From NCBI GenBank assembly GCA_028280735.1, contig JANQLH010000101.1:1-57553 (forward strand): a stretch of DNA of 57,553 nucleotides, read 5' to 3'. Below the pieces are notes generated by a model that was not told the origin of the DNA, made no database searches, and worked only from the letters and a program-made list of their open reading frames with translations. Numbering within the stretch: the first letter of the stretch is position 1; the number at the start of each line of letters is the position of its first letter. The stretch is from SAR324 cluster bacterium. GTDB taxonomy: Bacteria > SAR324 > XYD2-FULL-50-16. The position numbers were made by a program, and so were the translations under genes. Positions 42,701 through 50,020 of this stretch are shown here, piece by piece.

Positions 42701-43278
42701 ATCCAACTGGTCATGAGCCAGATGAAGGCGACCCTGATTATGATGATTTTCACGACAGTTATGATGCAGGAAATGCATCTGACGAGCAGGCAAAAGAAAA
42801 TGAAAACCAAGGATCTAAAGCTAGAGATAGAAATGACAGTAATTCAAACACAAATGTGACTCAATCTAGTACTTATGCTGCCCCCCTAAACACCGGAGGA
42901 TTGTCCGCAATTATTACTGGAATAAAGGCTTTTTTTTCTGGAGTCCGTGTTACAGGGCTAGTAAAAGTTGCAGCATTAGCCTCAGTTTTCCTTGCTGCAA
43001 TGACCAAAAAAACAGGGGATGCAACTCTTGATGGAAACTCTAATTCTTTTAATACTAATTGTAACATAGATCCGAATTCCTCAAATAACATGAAATCCCT
43101 TTCAAAGGGTGAAATAAAAAAAATGAAGAAAGCGGGTATTAACCCTCACGATTTGAAACCAAAAATTGAAGGATCCAAATTTGACTTATTTAAAGATCGA
43201 AACGGCGATATCCATGTTAAGAGAAAGGATGGTTGCGGCCCTGGTGATTGGACAGGATATAATATAGAAGATTTTTGA
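36733..43278 (+). CDS. Rhs/YD-repeat polymorphic toxin: signal peptide, SpvB/TcB-like N-terminus, FG-GAP propeller, Rhs core, Ntox33-like C-terminal toxin
   Basis: IPIEIPKG..VQPNLALVYNS..GNG.LGVGW (SpvB/TcB-type start); many YD repeats; YHTNHLGS, GLMYYNARFYDPSIGRF..NRYAYVINNPIKYTDPTG core; C-terminus LSKGEIKKMKKAGINPHDLK..FDLFKDRNGDI.VK.K.G.GPG..TGYNI. Confidence 0.92.
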   Translation: MKTMKLFKHILLTIIFVFSFNQNILAGVEPDGSYTHVIPIEIPKGINDVQPNLALVYNSNAGNGMLGVGWTLSGLPTITRMNWGRGINYDGQDTYVGPEGRLAKIAGETYYRAEIDQSSKYEPLFEGSPELAGTCNVPTELESTEPCAWIVTDREGNTWYYGFTDNSRIEAVGKNGAVRIWALNRTTDPMNNSFNISFLEDPTNQGDGDYYPNQITYSNYSIKFGYGSTNSSNPDIRSDNFESYVSGSKVRKNYLLKWITAAPLNSATQIRSYNLEYLKKDNHRLLTKVNSWNNNTNEYKTLYENQYSSVEDYSFHSNKTWTTNYGSGWNDADNYSTIQYPDINGDGKPDICGRSDSGIKCGLNSGESFSEVTRWTTGFGSSWGYPQNYSTLTFLDLDSDGKSDICGRAETGIYCALSNGSSYNTYTQWSSYYGAGWNAEQHYSTIRFPDLNGDGRPDICGRAGNGIYCGLNNGTSFDYPSLWTPSYGSSWHIPQHYSTITYPDLNADGKSDICGRAGSGIYCGINNGSGFDPYTKWTNYYGAGWNAEQHYSTIRFPDLNGDGRPDICGRAGNGIYCGLNNGNGFDYPSLWTPCYGSSWHIPQHYSTITYPDLNADGKSDICGRAGSGIYCGMNNGRGFDPYTQWTHSYGNTWNAHAHYSTIKYPDLNGDGRPDICGRASGGIVCHTTKTETSAKLISTSKENSHNLRITYTPSQSFDESIIESNNCSNSSGAGYSQPCGISNSFPRFLVSEIQTSNSRASTGNESDATEDTDIITTYDYENGRVYPGTVQEKRDLGFETITEKTYAATPTGNELISSKVTNYRQEALIDLGNGLEKSPFTGLPMSITEYAGDVAPENLATKSEFFYNENETNLFPAGTANKDVVQPLLTKKVTSIYQGVTTTDISQLATKTFDFLTYDIFGRNTETSTCVFDSDVANTTSCAPNDVETIVTDYRPGWNLGELWNAESPTKITKTVDGTLVDELTFEYHPNAPYLLKTENKKLFCETGESCPGPAVLPVRQNITYNTNGLVTAETDANGNTTSFTYKLDRPGLVETVIKSVDSTPFTIAYGYDDFGRVSSKQGVNGQSTTYVYDGLGRITQVTNPLGGIINYTYSDGSPDTDQLWRKTEKTEETGSGLKTITKTEYYDGFDFVYKIETVGEVNPAEDKTIIVENKKSYQNGKLVTETSNPYFSDADPADIVWKKTTNDVLGRLERIDMVDGSHVRYEYGLDLVNGQNMTWVKKYTTNDSGAEVFAQTFFNKKGLLYKKVDQAGNETHYHFDLAGRVNQVELPEDESANRQSLHVKYDSFGRRTSLDDPSLGLTRFEYDAIGNLVKQTDTNNRDTLFSYDALNRVKTKQVNGGAITSYTYDETSHSFAKGRLTTITDSTGVHKFHYDQLGNIVQKIRDVSGLGTGFSETSTYSKFGRQLYYTFPDSTAQTIDYTGIGNHAATRMEYAASVLAEATFADYNATMQMQQKSIGDSTNKVVSNYTYNPGGYLQSLQTCKTGPGSTCLAPIVQDLSYEFYDYGMVKQITDNRSGSKVIDGINTDATQVFKYDDLGRLVKAYWGTELDPSETIEFGYNEIGNHKWRKNHLFEPTGTTLKFRKYLHVGQQVRAAHEETDPAGGDFVVDASNKTLDAKYDNLGNMIQKSETGVVWDYQYDDENRLIKVFKNNILNSEFTYDYRGQRVSKVYHYMEDSIAKTITTWYVSPTYEIRITSDGSQTHTKYMMLAGKGKIASRTKPYSPMQAVVFQSDRHFAMAGLITIDTFDNLTNKLTLNFLGFASHPGSGPLGKKAIQSLFIVVLLLLMWFAWRKRDRQFKSSFAAWQKFTAAPLLCIFFLASCQSADSSSSGYAGEISYIGDDGSRLTTMDLSGPTTGGVPEGTYYYHTNHLGSSTVITDENGLVTTRLTYNPFGEVVQSRSWGLNAVTHKFTSQELDEETGLMYYNARFYDPSIGRFLTADTIVPNPTNAQHFNRYAYVINNPIKYTDPTGHEPDEGDPDYDDFHDSYDAGNASDEQAKENENQGSKARDRNDSNSNTNVTQSSTYAAPLNTGGLSAIITGIKAFFSGVRVTGLVKVAALASVFLAAMTKKTGDATLDGNSNSFNTNCNIDPNSSNNMKSLSKGEIKKMKKAGINPHDLKPKIEGSKFDLFKDRNGDIHVKRKDGCGPGDWTGYNIEDF
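37693..38790 (+). repeat. Seven tandem 54-aa (162-bp) FG-GAP/VCBS-type repeats within the Rhs gene
   Basis: Seven copies of W..YG..W....YSTI.YPD(L/I)NGDG+PDICGR...GIYC; repeats 3-4 and 5-6 form a near-identical 324-bp unit (38032 vs 38356). Confidence 0.92.
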
Positions 43279-43328
43279 TTCACAAATTGAGAATGAATTA
43301 TCGACAATTCAATTTGAACTCATAAAGA

Positions 43329-43724
43329 ATGTATAAAAAAATGGAATATAAATTACAATTAAAGATATTTTCGTATAAGAGAAGCATAGATGATATTGAA
43401 AATATAGTTAAATTAAAATGTGATGAAAAAAAGATAAAAGGAGAACCTAGAGCAAAAAAATCAGTTTTGGTAAATGAAGGAAATGTTTGGATATTGAATT
43501 CAAATGTAGACACATCTATGCCTTTGGATATCCATATTAGGAGTGTTTTTAATAGAATTAACCCAAACATCTCTAATTTCAAATCATTAAACGGCGACTT
43601 TAAAGTGATTTGTCAGGGTATAATTGAAGGTGATGAGAACCCAGAATTACATTTGCCAGTTGATATCATTCATATGCTTTCAAGTATAAATGCATCCTTT
43701 GATGTGGATATGTATATTGTCTAA
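43329..43724 (+). CDS. Putative cognate immunity protein (DUF4279-like)
   Basis: Small AT-rich gene directly after the toxin tip; W.LNS..LD.HI and C-terminal PELHLP.DII.MLSSINASFDVDMY pattern. Confidence 0.7.
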   Translation: MYKKMEYKLQLKIFSYKRSIDDIENIVKLKCDEKKIKGEPRAKKSVLVNEGNVWILNSNVDTSMPLDIHIRSVFNRINPNISNFKSLNGDFKVICQGIIEGDENPELHLPVDIIHMLSSINASFDVDMYIV

Positions 43725-43766
43725 AAACCTGTAACTTCTGCTAGATTTTGATAAACATCTAAAACC

Positions 43767-44516
43767 ATGGCACGAAAATACCCAATTAAAGATGTCAAAT
43801 TGCTGTTTGGATTGGCGGCAGGTCGTTGCAATAGTCCAAGTTGTCGAACAGAGTGCATTCTGGATGAAACAGAATTAGAACCAACCAAAGTACTAGGAAA
43901 AATCGCTCATGTTTTTGCTCATGGTGAGAAAGGACCGAGAACAAATCCAGATCTAAGTGATAAACAGAGAGATTCTTATGACAATTGGATACTTCTGTGC
44001 CCTTCGTGCCATGACAAAGTCGATATCCAACCGGATTCTCATTCCGCAGAACTGCTCTTTGACTGGAAAGAGCAACATGAAGACTGGGTTAAAGAGCGTT
44101 TAGCCGAGGTCATCCCGGAAATATCTTTTGCAGAAATGGAGGTCATAACAAAAGCTCTTTTGGCCCAAAGGGAAACGACTTTTGACTTGCATTTGACACC
44201 GCCTTTGGAAAAGATGAAGAAAAACAACCTGACAAATCAGATTCAGTTTCAAATAACCATGGGTTTAGCCAAGGCAGGCGAGGTTGCACAGTTTATCAAT
44301 CATGTCGCCGTGCTGGATCAGGCCTTTCCCGATCGGCTGAAATCTGGATTTGTCAATGAGTACAATCGATTATTAGAACAGGGATACAAAGGAGATTCTC
44401 TCTATGAGGCACTATTGCTGTTTGCATCGAAGGGAGTCTCCGATTTCAAGACTATTGCAACCAGTATGGCTGTTTTAAGCTATCTCTTTCAAAAATGTGA
44501 TGTTTTTGAAGCATGA
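43767..44516 (+). CDS. ABC-three-component/Lamassu effector (LmuA-like): HNH endonuclease plus C-terminal domain
   Basis: GRCNSPSC ... IAHV.AH...GPR ... NWILLCPSCHDKVD (zinc-binding HNH); ends YLFQKCDVFE, like ABC-3C C-terminal domains. Confidence 0.82.
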   Translation: MARKYPIKDVKLLFGLAAGRCNSPSCRTECILDETELEPTKVLGKIAHVFAHGEKGPRTNPDLSDKQRDSYDNWILLCPSCHDKVDIQPDSHSAELLFDWKEQHEDWVKERLAEVIPEISFAEMEVITKALLAQRETTFDLHLTPPLEKMKKNNLTNQIQFQITMGLAKAGEVAQFINHVAVLDQAFPDRLKSGFVNEYNRLLEQGYKGDSLYEALLLFASKGVSDFKTIATSMAVLSYLFQKCDVFEA

Positions 44517-44740
44517 TTTTACCTACCAAACACATTGCACCTCCCTTCTCTATTTTAGGGATTGGTGGAAACATCCTAAAAAAGATGACTCATTCCCAGT
44601 CAGTTACCGAACTATGGGAAAAAACGAAAGAAGAAGATGGAGTAATATCCTTTGAACGATTTACCCTCGGACTGTCTTTTTTATTTTCCATAGGAGTTAT
44701 CGAGTTTGATCAGGGGTTGTTGGTTAGGAGCAACAAATGA
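44513..44740 (+). CDS. ABC-three-component middle component (LmuC-like)
   Basis: 75 aa, MILPTKHI...SILGIGG.IL...ELWE...F.LGLSFLFSIGVI; ATGA overlaps with both neighbours. Confidence 0.78.
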   Translation: MILPTKHIAPPFSILGIGGNILKKMTHSQSVTELWEKTKEEDGVISFERFTLGLSFLFSIGVIEFDQGLLVRSNK

Positions 44741-46485
44741 TCAAATCCATCACTAGCGACCATCCTGACTTTAAACCTGTTCATTTGGATCCAAGTGGGT
44801 TTAACCTAATAATTGCAGAGCGCACCAGCAAAGAAACTGACAAGGAATCTCGTAACGGTGCCGGCAAGACATCAATCCTCGAAATTATCCACTTCTGTTT
44901 GGGTAGTAATATACAGAAGGATAACAGTATCCATTCCAAAGCATTAAAAAATCATACTTTTACCCTCGAAGTAATTCTTAATAACCAGCCATACCTTGTC
45001 AGTCGATCTGTTGCTAAAAATGACGAAATAACGATTGAAGGAGATCTTCCCAATCTCGGTTTCGAAACCACACAGGCCCAACATTCAGATCAAATTAATA
45101 TCAAAGTATCCGATTGGAACAAACACTTGGGATACCTTCTTTTTGGTTTACCGGAAGTTAATAAAGGAGAAAAATTTCTACCCACATTCAGAAGTTTATT
45201 CTCCTATTTCATAAGACAAAGTCGAGAGAGTTATATTTCTCCTTTTGAATTTTTTGCCAAACAACAAGAATGGAGCAAACAAGTAAACAATGCATATTTA
45301 CTTGGATTATCCTGGAATTTTCCCAAAAAATGGCAAGAGTTGAAAGATGATGAAAAAACGTTGCAGAATTTGAAGAAAGTAGCAGATAGCAATGTTATTT
45401 CAGATCTCATAGGATCATTAGGAGAGCTAGAAGCCAGAAGGGTGCAATTTGAAGAACAAGTTCGAAAAGGTCAAGAACAGATTAATAGCTTTGAGGTTCA
45501 TCCTCAATACAGAGAAATAGAACAAGAAGCCAATCGACTTGGTTCAGAAATTCTTTCACTAAGTAATCAAAACCGGATTGATCGTAATATGATCACGTAT
45601 TACCAAAAAAGCTTCAAAGAGGAAGCACCGGCATCTAACAATAGCTTGAAGGAGCTCTATGAAGAGTCACAAGTATTGCTTCCCGAAAACGTGATCAAAA
45701 AAATTGATGAAATTGAGGCCTTCCACAAGCAGGTCGTTAGTAACAGAAAATCCTTTTTGGAACTGGAAATACGAGCACTAAATCAGAAAATCGAAGCAAG
45801 AGAAGCACAAATCAAAGATTTAACCAAAAAGAAGTCAGAAAGTTTGAAAATACTAAAATCACATGGAGCTTTAGACGAATATAGCCGACTTCAACAAAGA
45901 CTTTCCAAGCAAATTAATGAGTTGGAAGAGATTAAAAACAAAATTAAAAATCTTAAAAAGTTTAATGAAGGAAAAAGCGCTCTCAAAATCGAAAAAGAGG
46001 AATTACGCCTTAAGGCCTCCATCGATTACGAAGAAAGGGAGGAGATAAGAAGAAAGAGCATCTCCTTGTTCAATTCCAATTCTGAAGCTTTGTATCAGTC
46101 CCCTGGAGAACTAATAATCAACGTTAAATCTACCGGATACGAATTCGATACTGAAATTGAGAGGGCTGGTAGCCAGGGTATCGATTTGATGAAAATCTTC
46201 TGCTATGACCTGATGCTAATCCAGTTATGGTCTCAGAAAGAAAACTCACCAAAAACCCTGATGCATGATAGTACCATCTTTGATGGAGTGGATGAACGCC
46301 AAATCGCCCACGCTCTGGAACTAGTCTGCACCAAATCTCAAGAACATGGCTTTCAATATCTATGCTGCCTCAACTCAGACAATATCCCCTGGAAAGACTT
46401 CAGTTCCGACTTTGATGTCGAATCTTATAAAAGGCTTGAACTAAATGACACAGAAACTGGCGGTCTATTCGGTTTCAGGTTTTAA
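44737..46485 (+). CDS. SMC/Rad50-like ABC ATPase (DUF2326-like; LmuB-like)
   Basis: Walker A RNGAGKT, long coiled coil, degenerate signature GSQG, Walker B LMHDS, FDGVDERQ, C-terminal LFGFRF. Confidence 0.85.
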   Translation: MIKSITSDHPDFKPVHLDPSGFNLIIAERTSKETDKESRNGAGKTSILEIIHFCLGSNIQKDNSIHSKALKNHTFTLEVILNNQPYLVSRSVAKNDEITIEGDLPNLGFETTQAQHSDQINIKVSDWNKHLGYLLFGLPEVNKGEKFLPTFRSLFSYFIRQSRESYISPFEFFAKQQEWSKQVNNAYLLGLSWNFPKKWQELKDDEKTLQNLKKVADSNVISDLIGSLGELEARRVQFEEQVRKGQEQINSFEVHPQYREIEQEANRLGSEILSLSNQNRIDRNMITYYQKSFKEEAPASNNSLKELYEESQVLLPENVIKKIDEIEAFHKQVVSNRKSFLELEIRALNQKIEAREAQIKDLTKKKSESLKILKSHGALDEYSRLQQRLSKQINELEEIKNKIKNLKKFNEGKSALKIEKEELRLKASIDYEEREEIRRKSISLFNSNSEALYQSPGELIINVKSTGYEFDTEIERAGSQGIDLMKIFCYDLMLIQLWSQKENSPKTLMHDSTIFDGVDERQIAHALELVCTKSQEHGFQYLCCLNSDNIPWKDFSSDFDVESYKRLELNDTETGGLFGFRF

Positions 46486-46526
46486 ACAGATACGCCGCGA
46501 ATCAGTATATATCCTCACTTTTATTG

Positions 46527-47474
46527 CTACCCCCTTTCAAGCTTCTCCACGTAAGCAATCACACCTTGGATATTTAACATGATATCGTTATCCAGAGTTT
46601 CTTTTTCCGGGATATCTCCTTTAACACCGAGAGCAGCCAACTCGGAATAAAGCCTTTCCTTGATAAAAACGAAGAGTTTTTCAAAGGATCTCTCCTTTTG
46701 ATAGTGCTTTGCACAATCATTTCCAAAAAAACAGACCAGCTTTTTAGCCTGCTGAAGTAAAGCCACCCCGTTTTCTGCCATGCCGTAATGGGTGAAATAG
46801 ATTTTTTCCGGATGAAGGTTGATCAGACGATCCGTAGTCTTTTCCATGATTTCAGGGACAAACTGGGTCGGAGCGGTAACAGGAAGGCAAAAGGATATTC
46901 CTTGGTCATCGTATAGTTGGCGAAAAAACATACCGGCATTGTCACCTGAAAAGATACCTTTACTGACCGGATCATCTATGACGAAATGATGAAACGCATG
47001 CCCGGGGGTGTCCAGAAATGTCAGAACTCTATTGTTCCCAAGATCCAATGTATCTCCATCTTCCATCACTTTAATTCGTTCTTCGGATACGGGAAGGATG
47101 GGATTAAACAATTGATCAAACAAATCGCCGTATACCTGCCTGGCCCCGGCAATCAGCTTTTCCGGATCAGCCATATGCTTGGCACCCCTTTGGTGAACCA
47201 AAAGAGTGGCGTTAGGGCATTGCTCCATCAATAACCCCGCACCGCCGGCATGATCCAGATGGATATGAGTCACGGCAATGTAATCAATTTGCCCGAGCTG
47301 AATGTTCAACTCTTCAAGAGAAGCCTGAATAACAGAATTAGAGGGGGCAGCGCCTGTTTCAACCAGAATGGTCTTCTCTTCTTTTATAATATAGCCGGTG
47401 GAGCGATAGATGGTTTTTAAGTCAACCAACGGAATCTGAAAGATGTTGTGACCAAGTGATTCAGTTAATGGCAT
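46527..47474 (-). CDS. Metallo-beta-lactamase fold hydrolase
   Basis: THIHLDHAGG, TPGHAFHH, FSGD, FTHYG. Confidence 0.9.
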   Translation of the reverse strand: MPLTESLGHNIFQIPLVDLKTIYRSTGYIIKEEKTILVETGAAPSNSVIQASLEELNIQLGQIDYIAVTHIHLDHAGGAGLLMEQCPNATLLVHQRGAKHMADPEKLIAGARQVYGDLFDQLFNPILPVSEERIKVMEDGDTLDLGNNRVLTFLDTPGHAFHHFVIDDPVSKGIFSGDNAGMFFRQLYDDQGISFCLPVTAPTQFVPEIMEKTTDRLINLHPEKIYFTHYGMAENGVALLQQAKKLVCFFGNDCAKHYQKERSFEKLFVFIKERLYSELAALGVKGDIPEKETLDNDIMLNIQGVIAYVEKLERG

Positions 47475-47532
47475 GATATTACCGGTAAAATTGTTGATAT
47501 CTCAGGATGCGTTCACATAGCACCAAGAATGA

Positions 47533-47568
47533 TCAATTGAAAGGATTGATTATTTTAACGTTTGTCAT
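47533..47568 (-). pseudogene. Collapsed remnant of a PIN (VapC-type) toxin gene, MTNVKIINPFN*
   Basis: ATG overlaps the 3' end of the antitoxin gene; the 11-codon ORF is essentially the V.I.NPF terminal motif typical of this PIN subfamily. Confidence 0.6.
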
Positions 47569-47800
47569 ACAACTCATCTCTCTTTAGCTTTACTTTGCCT
47601 TTAGTACCAAGATTGTAGCCGGTTTTTAAAAGCTTTAGCTGTCTGTTCTTGGTTTTACTATATCCGTCAGTTTCTCGAACACGTTGTTCCGGAGTTTCCC
47701 TCAGCAGTTCACTAAGGGACTTATCCAATGTAGCTGCAAGTATTTTTGCCTTTTTTAACAGGCGCTTAGGTATTGACATTGTCAAGTTTTGCCTTTCCAT
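47555..47800 (-). CDS. Ribbon-helix-helix antitoxin (CopG/VapB-like)
   Basis: MERQNLTMSIPKRLLKKAKILAA...SLSELLRE and C-terminal RDELY; start placed at ATG 47800; upstream IR TCACAT-N4-ATGTGA (47830-47845). Confidence 0.78.
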   Translation of the reverse strand: MERQNLTMSIPKRLLKKAKILAATLDKSLSELLRETPEQRVRETDGYSKTKNRQLKLLKTGYNLGTKGKVKLKRDELYDKR

Positions 47801-48185
47801 AAAAAACCTTCTTAGTCTATTCGGTTTATTCACATTTTTATGTGATTCACGATTTAATGTAAAACGTTTTGTGGCATTATCGCAAAGTGGATGACTTATC
47901 CCTTCGGGCATAACGACCAACTTTTGGAATCAAACCGACGAGAGACATAAAAGCCTTTTTGAAGCCACAGAAGATATACTTAGTCTTTAAAAGTGGCAAT
48001 TCAAAATCTTGCAAATCAGCGAGGTGAGAAATCTTTTAGACTATGAAAGATAGTCATATCTCGTATGAAAAATTTTAATTATACTTAGGTCACGCTATCT
48101 GGTATTGATATACAAAATGGTGAATATCACCAAAGGCTTGATAACTCGCTTGTAATTGTTAAACCATTCTAAAAGGAGACAGCTT

Positions 48186-49826
48186 ATGTCTTTAGGAATT
48201 TTTAATGTACCGGATCCCAGAAACGAGGACGTTCGATCTTATTTACCCGGATCAGCAGAAAAAGCTGCGCTGAAAAAAGAACTTGAAAAGCAGAAAAATA
48301 ATCCTGTTGAGATTCCGCTGGTCATAGGCGGTGAAGCGGTTAAAACGGGAAATACTGTAGATATCAAGGCACCCCATGATCTTTCCGTAAAGCTTGGTAC
48401 TTTTGATCAGGCAGGAGAAAAGGAGATTAATCAGGCTATCGATTGCGCTTTGGAAGCCAGAAAAACCTGGTGTAAAACTACTCCTGAAGACCGGGCATCC
48501 ATATTCCTGAAAGCCGCCGACCTTCTGGCAGGGCCGTATCGCGATGTTCTTAACGCATCTACCATGTTGGGACAGAGCAAAAATGTCTTTCAATCGGAAA
48601 TCGAAGCGGCTTGTGAGCTGGCAGACTTCTGGAGATTCAATGTCGCCTACATGATGGATGTCTATAAAAACCAGCCTCCCGTGAGTCCGGCAGGTATGTG
48701 GAATCGTTCAACCTATCGACCATTGGAAGGATTTGTTTTTGCCGTTACTCCGTTTAATTTTACGGCTATCGGGGGCAACCTGCCGACGGCACCGGCGCTC
48801 ATGGGTAATGTCTGCGTCTGGAAACCATCCAGTACGGCCGTTCTCAGTAACTACTATTTAATGGAGCTGTTTAAGGAAGCCGGTCTTCCCGACGGTGTCA
48901 TCAATTTCGTTCCCGGCAAAGGCAGAACCGTAGGAGATCCTATCTTGGCAAGTCCGTATTTTGCGGGTATCCATTTTACAGGATCAACAGCCACCTTTAA
49001 TTCCATGTGGAAGACGATCGGCGAAAACCTGAGTAAAGGACTCTACAAGACTTATCCTCGCATAGTAGGCGAAACCGGTGGGAAGGATTTTGTATTTGCT
49101 CATCCTGATTCAGATGTGACGTCACTCTCGGTAGCATTAATCAGGGGCGCTTATGAATACCAAGGCCAGAAATGTTCCGCCGCTAGCAGGGCTTATATCC
49201 CGGAATCGATCTGGCCGGACGTTCAAGATAATCTAAAGCAGATGATCTCCGAAATCAAAATGGGTGACGTTTGTGATTTCGATACCTTCATGGCCGCTGT
49301 TATCGACAAAGCCTCATTTGATAACATCGCGTCCTACATCGATTATGCTAAAAAAGCCGACGATGCCGAGATTGTTGCAGGCGGTGAATATGATGATTCC
49401 AAGGGATATTTTGTACAACCAACAGTGATTCTCACTACCAATCCCAAGTTCAAATCCATGGAAGAAGAGATTTTCGGTCCCATACTGACGGTTTACGTCT
49501 ACAAAGACAGCGAAATCGATGCGACCCTGGATCTGCTGGATGAAACCAGTCCTTATGCCTTAACCGGCTCCATTTTTGGAAAGGATAGGTTAGCACTGGC
49601 CAAAGCTGCAGACCGATTGGAAAACGCCGCAGGTAATTTTTATATTAATGACAAACCAACCGGTGCAGTGGTTGGCCAACAACCATTCGGTGGTGCACGA
49701 GCAAGTGGAACCAATGATAAGGCGGGCAGCATTCTGAATCTTTTACGCTGGGTGAGCCCAAGGGCTATCAAGGAAACGTTTGTTCCTCCCACAGATTTCA
49801 AATACCCCCACATGGCAGAAAAGTAA
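48186..49826 (+). CDS. pruA: 1-pyrroline-5-carboxylate (L-glutamate gamma-semialdehyde) dehydrogenase
   Basis: PFNFTAI, HFTGST, GETGGKDF, EYQGQKCSA, EEIFGP, GQQPFGGARASGTNDKAG; ATG after AAAGGAG. Confidence 0.95.
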   Translation: MSLGIFNVPDPRNEDVRSYLPGSAEKAALKKELEKQKNNPVEIPLVIGGEAVKTGNTVDIKAPHDLSVKLGTFDQAGEKEINQAIDCALEARKTWCKTTPEDRASIFLKAADLLAGPYRDVLNASTMLGQSKNVFQSEIEAACELADFWRFNVAYMMDVYKNQPPVSPAGMWNRSTYRPLEGFVFAVTPFNFTAIGGNLPTAPALMGNVCVWKPSSTAVLSNYYLMELFKEAGLPDGVINFVPGKGRTVGDPILASPYFAGIHFTGSTATFNSMWKTIGENLSKGLYKTYPRIVGETGGKDFVFAHPDSDVTSLSVALIRGAYEYQGQKCSAASRAYIPESIWPDVQDNLKQMISEIKMGDVCDFDTFMAAVIDKASFDNIASYIDYAKKADDAEIVAGGEYDDSKGYFVQPTVILTTNPKFKSMEEEIFGPILTVYVYKDSEIDATLDLLDETSPYALTGSIFGKDRLALAKAADRLENAAGNFYINDKPTGAVVGQQPFGGARASGTNDKAGSILNLLRWVSPRAIKETFVPPTDFKYPHMAEK

Positions 49827-50020
49827 CGGCTGCAGAAAGAGGTTGGGCACAATCGCCCTTCCTCACTCCCTGAAAAGACATTCTTCAGTTCTCCCCATTC
49901 CTGATCACCTGTTTATCAAACCATCTTCCCAATTGCGAAATCTCCGGTGGCAGACTAAGATAGGGTTATCCTTGGTCGCAATAAATTATAGTTAAGAAAG
50001 CATTTTTTCCGGAAGATATT

